Shown here one piece after another: positions 27,370 through 37,360 of a stretch of 64,000 nucleotides of DNA. The translations under genes and the position numbers were made by a program. Each line of letters begins with the position of its first letter. Within the stretch, counting starts at the first letter, position 1. Location: the NCBI GenBank assembly GCA_964604655.1, contig CAZRZY010000007.1:7204-71203 (forward strand), read 5' to 3'. Origin of the DNA: an uncultured Bacteroides sp. (GTDB lineage: Bacteria; Bacteroidota; Bacteroidia; Bacteroidales; GCA-2748055). The notes below the pieces were generated by a model, which was not told the origin of the DNA, did no database searches, and saw only the letters and a program-made list of their open reading frames with translations.

Positions 27370-28497
27370 TTATGGGAGCAGGTTGTCAGGCCGGTCCACG
27401 GGTGCTGAGAATGAAAATCTCTTGGCTTTCAACTTGATCCCTGATATTTCACCCTCCTCGTCTCTGGAGGCCATCAGGGAAAGCTCCGCTCCGGTCAGGC
27501 GGTTGATACCCCTGATTCCAAGGTCTGCGATGGTCCACAGAGAAACTTCACTCTCTTCTGTATAGGATTCAAACATTCCCTGCAGATCCACCTCTGTTAT
27601 CCTCTCAAGGATTACCCTCCGGGCATGGGGTGTGACCGGGGGAATGGAAAGAGGTTCAATTCGGTCATAAATCACCCCCTGCAAAGGGCTCACACGAGCC
27701 ACCCTCTCCCCTTTCACTTTCAGGGGAGCAGCCTTCGCTCTGTCATCCCTTTCGGCACCGGCTCCTTTTTGCCGGGTGGTATCGGTGGGGATCCGGCGGT
27801 CGGTATTTCGTTGGATGGAGAACAGGCCGGAACCTCCATCCGGTCGAGCCTCCACCCCGGAAGAACCGGATTCTATTTCGGTCTGAGCCAGGGTAGACGG
27901 TCGTCCGGCAGGTGCTGGTTCAATCAGGGTTTCCGTGGTACGTTGTGAAAAGTCCGGTGACGGGACCATGTCTTCGGGAACACGATCGCCAGAAAATGGA
28001 ATCCACCGGAAAAGCATCACCACCAGGGCAGCGGCTGCCGCTGCCGAAGTTACCGTTAACCAGACCAACCGGGACCTGGTATTGGTGCTCCTGTGCAACT
28101 GCCTTTTCCCTTCAAAGCGGATCAGAGGAGCTTTCAGCCTGGTCTGTTTCCATCCCTCCCACTCCTCTCTCAAATCCTGTCTTTCCTCCAGCAGCTGGTC
28201 GTGTTCAAGCTCCTGTTCCCAGGTAAGGTCTCCTTCCAGGCGAGCAATGGAGAACAGATCGAAATGCTTCGCGGACACGATGGAATCCGGTCCGGGCATT
28301 TCTTTCTTTAGCTGCTGCTTATAAGGGAAAGGAAGGCTTTCCTCCGGAAGAACCAGCCGATCCATCCCATCCACAGCATCAGCACAGTCGGGATTCCGGG
28401 AAAGGAACTCCTCCACCAATTTCCGCTCCTCATCCGTCAGTCTTCCCTCGAACAGGTCAAGCAGATACGCTTCATAGTTATTTCTGTTGATCTCCAT
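27370..28497 (-). CDS. Putative anti-sigma factor (single-pass membrane protein)
   Basis: It starts 3 nt downstream of the ECF sigma gene. The cytoplasmic N-terminus reads NYEAYLLDLFEGRLTDEE and the central TM helix is LVWLTVTSAAAAAALVVMLF. Confidence 0.6.
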   Translation of the reverse strand: MEINRNNYEAYLLDLFEGRLTDEERKLVEEFLSRNPDCADAVDGMDRLVLPEESLPFPYKQQLKKEMPGPDSIVSAKHFDLFSIARLEGDLTWEQELEHDQLLEERQDLREEWEGWKQTRLKAPLIRFEGKRQLHRSTNTRSRLVWLTVTSAAAAAALVVMLFRWIPFSGDRVPEDMVPSPDFSQRTTETLIEPAPAGRPSTLAQTEIESGSSGVEARPDGGSGLFSIQRNTDRRIPTDTTRQKGAGAERDDRAKAAPLKVKGERVARVSPLQGVIYDRIEPLSIPPVTPHARRVILERITEVDLQGMFESYTEESEVSLWTIADLGIRGINRLTGAELSLMASRDEEGEISGIKLKAKRFSFSAPVDRPDNLLP

Positions 28498-28500
28498 CTG

Positions 28501-28986
28501 TCAAAGCACCTTTTCCAAGCTGCCGATATAGTTTTTCAGATAAACCCTCGCACGATAAATATAGACTTTCACCTGTGACTCAGAAAGACCTGTGATCTCG
28601 CAGATCTCCCTGTATGAATAGCCTTCAAAATCTCTCAACATCACCACCGATCTCTGGTCTTCAGGCAGGTTGCCCATTGCTCGTTGGATCACCTCTCCCA
28701 GGTCGGAATATTGCTCCGTATGGGAAGGCTCCCCCATTATCCCGGGATCATTCCCATCATATCTTTTCTGTTTCCTGGTATAATCGATCAGTGTATGATA
28801 GGCGGAGGTGAACAGATATGTCTTTACCTTCATCCCTGAAACTTCCTCCAGTCTGACCCACAATTTTTCAAACGTGTCCTGAACGATGTCTCTCGCCATA
28901 TGCTCATCCCTCAGGTTCTTCATTACGAACCTGTAAAGATTATCAGCATAGTTATCCACCGCCCTGTTGTAATCCTCTACCGTCAT
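28501..28986 (-). CDS. ECF-type RNA polymerase sigma-70 family factor
   Basis: Region 2 reads LYRFVMKNL..DIVQDTFEKLW and region 4 reads SYREICEITGLSESQVKVYIYRAR. I prefer ATG 28986 to the longer ORF-track start. Confidence 0.88.
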   Translation of the reverse strand: MTVEDYNRAVDNYADNLYRFVMKNLRDEHMARDIVQDTFEKLWVRLEEVSGMKVKTYLFTSAYHTLIDYTRKQKRYDGNDPGIMGEPSHTEQYSDLGEVIQRAMGNLPEDQRSVVMLRDFEGYSYREICEITGLSESQVKVYIYRARVYLKNYIGSLEKVL

Positions 28987-29054
28987 TGTACCAGGAATCT
29001 GGTGATCATAAGACGAAGAATGTCCGTAAAAGTTACTAATATCGTCATAAGAAA

Positions 29055-29648
29055 TTGATGAACACACGCACTCTGGAAAATCTGGAAGAGGAGGTGCTGC
29101 AGTGCAGGAAATGCTCCCTTGCCCTGACCAGGCATCATGTGATCTTCGGTGAAGGAAATCCCCATGCTCCGGTCTTTCTGATCGGAGAAGCTCCGGGAAG
29201 AGAGGAGGATATGAATGGGCGGCCCTTTGTTGGAAGGTCGGGCCAGTTGTTGGACAAAATCCTGGCGGCCTGCGGATTCACCCGTCAGCAGCACGTCTAT
29301 ATCAGCAACATCATCAAATGCAGGCCTCCCGGAAACCGGGTCCCCGCTCCCCGGGAGAGGGCCGACTGCCTCCCTTTCCTGCTGCAACAGATCGATATTA
29401 TCCAGCCCTCCATGCTGGTGTTGCTTGGCTCCACGGCCCTCAAAAGCTTGCTGGGACCGGAACAGTGTATTACCCGTACCCGTGGTACGTGGATGGAGTG
29501 GAACGGTCACCTGACCATACCTGTGTACCATCCGTCAGCCCTTCTCAGAAATCCTGCACTGAAAAGGGATACATGGGAGGATTTCAAAAAAATTGTATTC
29601 AAATACAGAGAACTGATTGATCCCTCTCACTACTCTGCTCACATATAG
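29055..29648 (+). CDS. Family 4 uracil-DNA glycosylase
   Basis: Motif A is GEGNPHAPVFLIGEAPGREED, followed by GRPFVGRSGQLL, with the Cys pattern CRKC..C for the 4Fe-4S cluster. Confidence 0.9.
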   Translation: MMNTRTLENLEEEVLQCRKCSLALTRHHVIFGEGNPHAPVFLIGEAPGREEDMNGRPFVGRSGQLLDKILAACGFTRQQHVYISNIIKCRPPGNRVPAPRERADCLPFLLQQIDIIQPSMLVLLGSTALKSLLGPEQCITRTRGTWMEWNGHLTIPVYHPSALLRNPALKRDTWEDFKKIVFKYRELIDPSHYSAHI

Positions 29649-29691
29649 CTCCCTACTTGTAACATAGAAATATGAATAAGACGAATCGATC

Positions 29692-30540
29692 ATGAAGACA
29701 TTCCTGGACTGCGTACCCTGTTTTATGAGCCAGGCTCTCAGAGCCGGCAGAATGGCCACCGATAATGACAAGTTGATTAAGGAAGTGCTGGATGAAGTCG
29801 GGTCCATGATTTCCGAAATCCCGTTGGAGCACACCCCGCCTGAGACAGGTGACCGGATCTATCAAAAGGTGAGACAGATCACCGGGGTGGAGGATCCATA
29901 CCACTCCAAAAAAAAGGTCCACATTAAGGAGGCCCTGGCCCTCTATCCGGAGCTCAGGGAGATGATCCAACGATCGAAAAACAGGCTATTAATGGCCGTC
30001 AGGCTGGCTATTGCAGGCAATGTCATCGATCTGGGGGTCGGCAGGTCATACAATCTGAAAGAAGAGATCGGGAGAATTACCGAGAGTGAATTCGCCCTTT
30101 TTGATTTCAATACTTTTTGCGAAGATCTTTCCAGGGCCCGCAACATACTCTATCTGGGCGATAATGCGGGAGAGTCGGTATTTGACCGGATACTGATTGA
30201 GGAGCTGGGAAAGCCCGTTACCTATGCTGTCAGGGACAGGGCCGTCATCAATGATGTTACCTTTCAGGATGCGATTGACTCCGGTATAGGAGAAATCGCC
30301 GAGATCATCTCCACCGGATCATCGGCTCCCGGAGTTATCCTCAAGCTTTGCAGCCCCTGTTTCCTGGAGCATTTTCATTCCGCTGACATGGTGATCAGCA
30401 AAGGTCAGGGAAATTATGAAGGACTTTCAGGAAGCTCCCGCCCGGTCTTTTTCCTCCTGATGGCCAAATGCCAGGTGATTGCCCGTGATCTGGGGATCAA
30501 GGTGAACGATATTGTTCTCCTAAGAAATTTATCGTTTTAA
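29692..30540 (+). CDS. DUF89 (ARMT1-like damage-control phosphatase) family protein
   Basis: It carries CVPCF, the metal site LGDNAGE and the KGQGNYE motif. Confidence 0.85.
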   Translation: MKTFLDCVPCFMSQALRAGRMATDNDKLIKEVLDEVGSMISEIPLEHTPPETGDRIYQKVRQITGVEDPYHSKKKVHIKEALALYPELREMIQRSKNRLLMAVRLAIAGNVIDLGVGRSYNLKEEIGRITESEFALFDFNTFCEDLSRARNILYLGDNAGESVFDRILIEELGKPVTYAVRDRAVINDVTFQDAIDSGIGEIAEIISTGSSAPGVILKLCSPCFLEHFHSADMVISKGQGNYEGLSGSSRPVFFLLMAKCQVIARDLGIKVNDIVLLRNLSF

Positions 30541-30591
30541 ACTCGAATTATTCCTGAATACTTGACAAACCATTCCATTCTTTTTATCTTT

Positions 30592-30607
30592 GACTAAATA
30601 TTCAGTC
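30592..30607. promoter_or_regulatory. Near-palindrome GACTAAATATTCAGTC, candidate TetR operator
   Basis: Seven of eight positions are symmetric. It ends 8 nt before the tetR-family ATG at 30615. Confidence 0.3.
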
Positions 30608-30614
30608 ATAAACC

Positions 30615-31208
30615 ATGTCGCCACGAACCAAGAAGCAATTTGAAGAGATGCGCGTAAGCAGAAGGCAACAGATCATGGAAGCTGCACTCGAACTGTTCGC
30701 TCATGAAGGGTACAGCCATTGCACTATTGCCATGCTTGCCTCGCATGCTGGGATCTCCAAGGGGCTCATGTATAACTATTTCAAAAACAAGGAGGAACTC
30801 CTGTCGGCAATTATCACGGACGGATTGGAGGAGATCATGAACCTGCTTGATCCTGATCGTGACGGAGTACTGACTCCCAGCGAACTGGAAAGCTTCATAA
30901 GGAAAGTGTTTGAGGCCATGAGACAGCATATGGAATTCTGGATCCTTTATGTACATATCCTTTTTCAGCCGAGTGTTACAGAACAGCTGAATGATAACCC
31001 GTTCATCTCAATTCTGGAACATTTTGCCCCGCTGCTGGAAGCGTATTTTATAAAAAAAGGATGCGAAGATGCGCAGCTGGAAATGCTGACACTATCGGCG
31101 CTGATCGAAGGGTTCGGGGCTATTATGGTCTACTCCTATCCGACCACCTCCGTTCCGGATGACATGATCAAGAAACTGGAAGACCGGATCGTGGAAATGT
31201 TTGTATAA
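30615..31208 (+). CDS. TetR/AcrR-family transcriptional regulator
   Basis: The N-terminal HTH reads QIMEAALELFAHEGYSHCTIAMLASHAGISKGLMYNYFKNKEEL. Confidence 0.9.
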   Translation: MSPRTKKQFEEMRVSRRQQIMEAALELFAHEGYSHCTIAMLASHAGISKGLMYNYFKNKEELLSAIITDGLEEIMNLLDPDRDGVLTPSELESFIRKVFEAMRQHMEFWILYVHILFQPSVTEQLNDNPFISILEHFAPLLEAYFIKKGCEDAQLEMLTLSALIEGFGAIMVYSYPTTSVPDDMIKKLEDRIVEMFV

Positions 31209-31228
31209 TCAGATAAAATGTTAGAACA

Positions 31229-31981
31229 ATGAACAGAATCGCATGGGTCATACTCTGCATATCCCTTTCGGCCACCATGAAAGGCCAGGACCTGACTGCA
31301 AAAGAGATCATCCGGGAAGCCGATGAACAATTCAGCGGTGAGGAAACCAGCATCAGCGAGATGTCCATGACCATCGTCCGGCCCACCTGGGAGCGGACCA
31401 TCGAATTTAAAACCTGGACAAGCGGACGGGACTTTGCGCTCACCCTGATCACAGCACCGCCAAGAGAGGAAGGACAGACCTTTCTGAAGCGGGGAAACGA
31501 AATGTGGAACTGGAATCCCACCATCGACCGTCTGATCAAACTGCCCCCGTCGATGATGTCACAGGGATGGATGGGGTCGGACTATACCAATGATGACATT
31601 CTCAAAGAATCATCTATTGTCAATGATTATACCCACGAGATCTCCGGAGAGGAACCCATCGAGGAGAGGGAGTGCTACCGGATAAAAATGGTGGCCAAAG
31701 AGGATGCTGCGGTGATCTGGGGTCATCAGGTGCGATGGATCAGCAAAGACCACTTCCTTTTCATCAAAGCCGAACTCTACGACCAGGATGGGTACCTGGT
31801 CCGGACGGAACTGGGCAGGAAAATCGAGACCATGGGAGGAAGGATGATCCCGGCCAGGCTGGAGCTGATACCGGCTGAAGAGGAGGGACACAAGACCATT
31901 GTCGAGTTCAAAGATATCGAGTTCAACACCCCCATCAGGGATAGTTTCTTCTCCCAGCAGAATATGAAACGTATCCGGTGA
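31229..31981 (+). CDS. LolA-like outer-membrane lipoprotein-sorting family protein
   Basis: It has a signal peptide, is about 250 aa, and contains WMGSDYTNDD. It sits directly upstream of paired FtsX permeases. Confidence 0.7.
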   Translation: MNRIAWVILCISLSATMKGQDLTAKEIIREADEQFSGEETSISEMSMTIVRPTWERTIEFKTWTSGRDFALTLITAPPREEGQTFLKRGNEMWNWNPTIDRLIKLPPSMMSQGWMGSDYTNDDILKESSIVNDYTHEISGEEPIEERECYRIKMVAKEDAAVIWGHQVRWISKDHFLFIKAELYDQDGYLVRTELGRKIETMGGRMIPARLELIPAEEEGHKTIVEFKDIEFNTPIRDSFFSQQNMKRIR

Positions 31982-32048
31982 TCTCTGCTTACATTCACTT
32001 TTGTGAAGTGAACAACCTATAAAATAATGGATTAAAAAACTGGTGAAT

Positions 32049-33464
32049 ATGAGGAATTTCATGATGGCATGGCGAAATCTCTGGAGGAACAGGAGACGCA
32101 CGATGATCACTTCCGCATCGGTGTTTTTCGCTGTACTCTTCGCTATTGTCATGAGGTCATTACAGCTGGGGTCGTACGGCAAGATGTTCCGGGATGCCAT
32201 AGAATCCTATACCGGCTACCTGCAAATACAGCAACAGGACTTTTGGGATGAAAAAACCGTCAACTATACCTTCACATACGATCCCCAGCTGGATCAACAG
32301 ATCATTGAAGATGCCAATGTTATTTCCACCGTCCCGAGGTTCGAATCATTTGCACTGGCCTCCAACGGTCCGCAGACCAAAGGGGTTATGGTAATGGGGA
32401 TCGATCCTGAAAAAGAATCCGATCTTTCAAACATCTTTCACCGAAAAGTACGCTACAGGATCACTCCGGAGGCGCTGGATGAGATCAGGAACGATCCCGA
32501 GATCCCTGGCAAAATCAAGGAACTGGCAAAATCCTTCAAGGATGCCTCATTTACCAGCTCTTCCCGCCTGCAGCTGGACCTGGGAATATCCGACAGTGAT
32601 GCACCCGAGATCCTTCCTGCCATTGAAAAATATACCCGTTTCGATAACGGATCCATCCGGATGGGGGAGCCGGGTGCATGGTTGGGAGACCGGCTTTCAA
32701 AATATCTCGATGTGGGTATCGGCGATACCATTGTCCTTCTGGGTCAGGGTTACCATGCTTCCACTGCAGCAGGTAAATACGAGATAAAAGGAATCGTCCG
32801 TATGGCACTGCCCGATGTGGATAATAAAGTAGTTTACCTTCCGCTGGATATTTGCCAGTACCTGTACAATGCACCAAGCAATCTGACATCCCTGGCCATC
32901 CATGTAAACGATAACAGTGATAAAGCCATTGAAGCCACCATTCAGCGGATCGAACCCCTGCTGCCGGAAAACCAGCGGGTCATCGACTGGAAAGAGATGA
33001 ACGAAGTGCTGGTCTCCCAGCTGGAGGCCGATAACAAGAGTGGAATGATCATGATCGGGATCCTTTACCTGGTCATTGCCTTTGGAGTCTTCGGCACTGT
33101 ACTGATGCTCACCGCTGAACGCAGGCGGGAATTCGGCGTGCTGGTGGCTATCGGGATGCAGAAAAGGCGATTGTCCGCGATTATGAGTATGGAAATGTTG
33201 CTGATCGGAACCCTCGGAATACTCGCAGGGATTATCGTGGCCGGAGCAGTGATCCTCTACGGGATGGATCACCCCATCGTTTTCAAGGGAGAGATGGCAA
33301 AAATGTGGGAGGATTATGGATTTGACCCTGTACTGGCATTTGAAGGAATCGGTATCTATTTCCTCTGGCAGATTATCATTGTGGGCATAATAGTACTGAT
33401 CGCCGTTGGGTATCCCCTGTCAAAGATTGCCGGAATGAAAGTGGTCAACGCCCTACGGGTTTAA
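32049..33464 (+). CDS. ABC transporter permease, FtsX/MacB type
   Basis: It shows the AWRNLWRNRRRT N-terminus, a large periplasmic loop and a C-terminal FtsX four-helix region. Confidence 0.88.
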   Translation: MRNFMMAWRNLWRNRRRTMITSASVFFAVLFAIVMRSLQLGSYGKMFRDAIESYTGYLQIQQQDFWDEKTVNYTFTYDPQLDQQIIEDANVISTVPRFESFALASNGPQTKGVMVMGIDPEKESDLSNIFHRKVRYRITPEALDEIRNDPEIPGKIKELAKSFKDASFTSSSRLQLDLGISDSDAPEILPAIEKYTRFDNGSIRMGEPGAWLGDRLSKYLDVGIGDTIVLLGQGYHASTAAGKYEIKGIVRMALPDVDNKVVYLPLDICQYLYNAPSNLTSLAIHVNDNSDKAIEATIQRIEPLLPENQRVIDWKEMNEVLVSQLEADNKSGMIMIGILYLVIAFGVFGTVLMLTAERRREFGVLVAIGMQKRRLSAIMSMEMLLIGTLGILAGIIVAGAVILYGMDHPIVFKGEMAKMWEDYGFDPVLAFEGIGIYFLWQIIIVGIIVLIAVGYPLSKIAGMKVVNALRV

Positions 33465-33486
33465 AACGTATCATATACAATCTGTC

Positions 33487-34914
33487 ATGATTTGGAAAAC
33501 AGCCTGGAAGAATGTATGGCGTAACAAAACACGCAGCCTGGTGGTGATCATATCGGTTACCATCGGAATTTTCGGCGGAGTATTCGCTGTGGCCGTGATG
33601 AACGGTGCCCTCGAACAGAAGGTGGACGCATCCCTGAACCAGGAGATCGCGCATATTCACCTCAACCAGCCCGGGTTCAGGGATAACTATGATATTCAAC
33701 TGACGATCCCTCGGGTCGACAGTCTCATCCCGGTCATTAAAGAGACCCCTGGAGCGGCCCATGTGGCCCCCCGTCTGGTATTGACCGGAATGGCCAGTAC
33801 CGCTGCAAAAAGTACGGGAGTGCAGATCCTTGGAGTGGATCCGGAGGCGGAAAAGCTGGTGCTGAACCTCCATGAAACCACCATACCGGGAACGGGTGGT
33901 TTCCTGGAAACAGAAAACAGAAATAATCTGGCCTATATCGGAGAGGACCTGGCAAAGGAACTCAATATCATACGTTTTCTGATCGATGATGAGATGCTGA
34001 AGGAGCTGGAGGAGAACGGGATCCCCGTGGAGGTCCGGGAAAAAATAAAGCCTCTTTCGGGTACCCGTTTTCCAGGAGAGAAGGCTTTCCGCAAGGAGAT
34101 GCAAGAGGTACTGGACGACCGTGAAGAACAAGCCTATGGAAGAGTGATTCACCAAGCCGCGTGGTCGTTTCGCGAGCGCTCCAAGCTAACGCTCACGTTC
34201 CTGGACCGGGACCAGATCCAGACAGGAGGAGTATTTCGGATTGCAGGGATCTACAACATCAATAACAGCATGTATGAAATGTCCCACGTTCTGGTCAGGG
34301 CAGAGGATCTGCGCAGGCTGACCGGTTTGGGAGAGCAGGAGGTACACCAGCTGGTGGTCCGTTTGGAAGATCTGGAACAGACAGAGCCGGTGACCGGGCA
34401 ACTGAAGGATGCTTTTCCGGGGATCGAGGTCATGCACTGGAAAGAGATTCAGCCCGACCTGGCCATGTTGACTGACCTGGTCCAGCGTTTTTACGCGGTA
34501 TTCATGGCCATCATCCTGGCCGCCCTGGCATTTGGGATCGTCAACACTATGCTGATGGTGGTACTTGAAAGGACCAAAGAGCTTGGCATGCTGACCGCCA
34601 TAGGAATGAACAAGAGAAGAGTTTTCAGCATGATCATGCTGGAGTCGGTATGCCTATCCCTGGTGGGAGGAGTCGTTGGAATGACTATCAGCAGTATATT
34701 GGTTAGCCTCACCGGGCAGTCGGGGCTCAACTTTTCAAGCTATGAGGAAGGATTTGAAGCTATGGGATATTCTGCTCATATCTATCCGGTAATCTCCGCC
34801 TCCTTCTTCATTACGGTCACCGTATTGATCATTCTGACCGGGATCCTCTCCTCCGTCTACCCGGCCCTGAAAGCATTGAGACTCGATCCGGCAGATGCGT
34901 TAAGAACAGAATAA
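33487..34914 (+). CDS. ABC transporter permease, FtsX/MacB type (second copy)
   Basis: It shows the AWKNVWRNKTRS N-terminus, a periplasmic loop and a C-terminal FtsX region ending ALRLDPADALR. Confidence 0.88.
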   Translation: MIWKTAWKNVWRNKTRSLVVIISVTIGIFGGVFAVAVMNGALEQKVDASLNQEIAHIHLNQPGFRDNYDIQLTIPRVDSLIPVIKETPGAAHVAPRLVLTGMASTAAKSTGVQILGVDPEAEKLVLNLHETTIPGTGGFLETENRNNLAYIGEDLAKELNIIRFLIDDEMLKELEENGIPVEVREKIKPLSGTRFPGEKAFRKEMQEVLDDREEQAYGRVIHQAAWSFRERSKLTLTFLDRDQIQTGGVFRIAGIYNINNSMYEMSHVLVRAEDLRRLTGLGEQEVHQLVVRLEDLEQTEPVTGQLKDAFPGIEVMHWKEIQPDLAMLTDLVQRFYAVFMAIILAALAFGIVNTMLMVVLERTKELGMLTAIGMNKRRVFSMIMLESVCLSLVGGVVGMTISSILVSLTGQSGLNFSSYEEGFEAMGYSAHIYPVISASFFITVTVLIILTGILSSVYPALKALRLDPADALRTE

Positions 34915-34945
34915 CATCAGGCAGTCACTTTATAATCCAATAACA

Positions 34946-35632
34946 ATGAGAATTTTAGAGATAAAGAACGTCCACAAGATATACAATAGTTCCCCTGTGC
35001 AGGTTCATGCCGTCAACGGGATCACACTCGATTTTGAGGAGGGGGAATTTGCGGCCATCGTCGGTCCTTCAGGATCGGGTAAGACCACTCTGCTGAATAT
35101 GATCGGCGGGCTCGATCATCCCACGGAGGGAGAGATCCTGGTGGATCATACCGATCTGTCCACCCTTAAATCATCTCAACTGATCGATTTCCGAATGCGA
35201 AATATCGGATTCGTATTCCAGTCCTACAACCTGATCCCGGTGCTCACGGCAAAAGAGAACGTGGAGTTTATTATGAATCTCCAGAAATGGAAAAAGGAAG
35301 ATCGGGATAACCGCACGTTTGAACTCCTTAAGGCTGTAGGGCTGAAAGACCGGGCCGACAGCAGGCCTGCCAGGCTATCGGGCGGTCAGCAACAGCGTGT
35401 GGCAGTGGCCAGGGCTCTTGCCTCCAAACCCAAATTCGTTCTGGCAGACGAGCCTACGGCTAACCTGGATTCCCAATCGACCGAGACGCTGCTCGACATT
35501 ATGGAGGGACTCAACAGGGAAGAGAAGATCACATTCATCTTTTCCACGCATGATGCCAGGGTGGTCAAAAAGGCTCGAAGAGTGGTCACCATCGAGGACG
35601 GAAAAATAGTCTCCGATGAGCAAAAAAAATGA
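34946..35632 (+). CDS. ABC transporter ATP-binding protein (MacB/LolD-like)
   Basis: Walker A is GPSGSGKTT, the signature is LSGGQQQRVAVARAL and Walker B is FVLADEPT. Confidence 0.95.
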   Translation: MRILEIKNVHKIYNSSPVQVHAVNGITLDFEEGEFAAIVGPSGSGKTTLLNMIGGLDHPTEGEILVDHTDLSTLKSSQLIDFRMRNIGFVFQSYNLIPVLTAKENVEFIMNLQKWKKEDRDNRTFELLKAVGLKDRADSRPARLSGGQQQRVAVARALASKPKFVLADEPTANLDSQSTETLLDIMEGLNREEKITFIFSTHDARVVKKARRVVTIEDGKIVSDEQKK

Positions 35633-36809
35633 TCCCATGTGGAAAACGTCCGGTCCTTTGCTCATAGTGGTGATTCTGCTTCAGGCGGAAACCAGCGCCC
35701 AGCAGAAGATCAGTCTGTCCGGTTACGTTTCTGATATGCAAACCCTGTATCATATCCCGGACCAATGGCTCTGGGAAAACACACTCCACAACCGGCTGAA
35801 TCTTTCATTCTACCCGGCCAGCTGGCTTTCGGGAACGGTTCAGCTGCGCAGCAGGGCCATTGCGGGGAACCCCTTCCGGAAATTTCCAGGATATGCCGAA
35901 AGTTTCGATGCGGACATGGGATGGCTCGACCTGCAATTCACGGCGGACGGTTCGCTGGGCGACAATGCAGGATATGTGCTGACCACCGCGGTGGACAGGC
36001 TATGGCTCCAATTCACATTCGGCAATCTGGAGATCAAGGCAGGGAGACAACGGATCAACTGGGGCCAGACCTTTGTATGGAATCCCAACGACATTTTCAA
36101 TACCTACTCCTATTTCGAAGTGGATTACCCGGAACGACCCGGGAGCGATGCCCTTCGCATCCAGTATTATACCGGTAGTGCCTCCACTCTGGAACTGGCC
36201 GCAAAAATCGACAGTGCCGACCGGATCACTGCCGCCGGCTATTTTCGTTTTAATTTGCTGGGATATGACTTCCAGCTGCTTGGAGGCGTCTACCAGAAAA
36301 ATGACCTCCTCCTTGGTGCCGGCTGGAGCGGAAATATTGGACCCACTGCCTTTCGCAGTGAATTAAGCTATTTTCGGGACCTGGAACATTTCAGCGATAC
36401 CTCCGGCTACCTGCTGGCATCGGCTGGATTCGACTACACCTTTTCCAACTCCTTGTGGATCCAGGTCGAAGTACTCTACTCCGGTTTTGCCAGCGAATTG
36501 AATATATACAGTATACTCCAGTTCTATTCGGGCAGCCTGGATGTAAAAACATTGGGATTTACCGAATGGTCTTTCTTCACAAATATTTCCTACCCGTTTA
36601 CTCCTCTGGTAAGCGGTGGATTCTCCACTATCTGGTTTCCCGAGTGGAACGGAATCTATCTGGGGCCTTCCATAGATGTCTCCATTCTGAACAATCTGGA
36701 CCTCTCATTGATCATCCAGCACTTCTCTGCCAGGTTAGAAGACCCTTTCGGGGATACCTGCCGCGAAAACAACACCTTCGGATTCTTACGTTTCAAATGG
36801 CGTTTTTAA
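35616..36809 (+). CDS. Putative outer-membrane beta-barrel protein
   Basis: It has a signal peptide (LLIVVILLQAETSAQQ) and alternating aromatic/hydrophilic strands, and ends ..FGFLRFKWRF. The alternative start ATG 35637 would avoid the overlap. Confidence 0.6.
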   Translation: MSKKNDPMWKTSGPLLIVVILLQAETSAQQKISLSGYVSDMQTLYHIPDQWLWENTLHNRLNLSFYPASWLSGTVQLRSRAIAGNPFRKFPGYAESFDADMGWLDLQFTADGSLGDNAGYVLTTAVDRLWLQFTFGNLEIKAGRQRINWGQTFVWNPNDIFNTYSYFEVDYPERPGSDALRIQYYTGSASTLELAAKIDSADRITAAGYFRFNLLGYDFQLLGGVYQKNDLLLGAGWSGNIGPTAFRSELSYFRDLEHFSDTSGYLLASAGFDYTFSNSLWIQVEVLYSGFASELNIYSILQFYSGSLDVKTLGFTEWSFFTNISYPFTPLVSGGFSTIWFPEWNGIYLGPSIDVSILNNLDLSLIIQHFSARLEDPFGDTCRENNTFGFLRFKWRF

Positions 36810-36922
36810 ATATTTACACCTCCAGAAGTTCATTTTACCAAATTGTTAAAAACTATCTCCCTGTCACACCCCTATTTGTCGTTAATTAGTTGGAGTCGAA
36901 CTGATTAAAACCATCCACACCC

Positions 36923-37360
36923 ATGGATAAGCCAGACTCCGCATCCGTACCGGAAAAAAGTCAGAGCCATAGTGACTTCCAGGAGTATCATTGGGACAAC
37001 AGAGTTGTACTGATTACTGAAGATGAGGAGGTCAATTTCTTCTATCTGAAGATGCTGCTCAAAAAAACCGAAGCAAGGATTCTACGCGCCCGCAACGGGA
37101 AAGAAGCGGTAGATCTGATCAGCGATTACCAAGGCAAAATCGACCTGGTTCTGATGGATCTGAACATGCCGGTCATGGATGGTTATCAGGCCATGAGAAT
37201 CATTAAGTCCAACTATCCCCACATTCCGGTCATCGCACAGACCGCCTATACCCTCAACAACGACCGTCATAAATGCCTGGAAGCCGGATTTAACGATTAT
37301 ATCTCCAAACCCGTCAACCGGGTGGCTCTTTTCAGGATGGTAAACGAGAATCTCTCATGA
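36923..37360 (+). CDS. Stand-alone response-regulator receiver protein
   Basis: The receiver motifs are present: VVLITEDEEVN, DLVLMDLNMPVMDG and the conserved ISKP. Confidence 0.88.
   Translation: MDKPDSASVPEKSQSHSDFQEYHWDNRVVLITEDEEVNFFYLKMLLKKTEARILRARNGKEAVDLISDYQGKIDLVLMDLNMPVMDGYQAMRIIKSNYPHIPVIAQTAYTLNNDRHKCLEAGFNDYISKPVNRVALFRMVNENLS

Noticed and set aside
28987-29067. Longer N-terminal extensions offered by the ORF track for the ECF sigma gene. Similar extensions occur at 56113-56220, 45009-45056 and 9378-9449.
   Set aside because: The extensions have odd composition, and one overlaps a divergent neighbouring gene. Internal ATGs give N-termini that match the family (signal peptide, MKIYFCGS, MTVEDYN, MKEIH).
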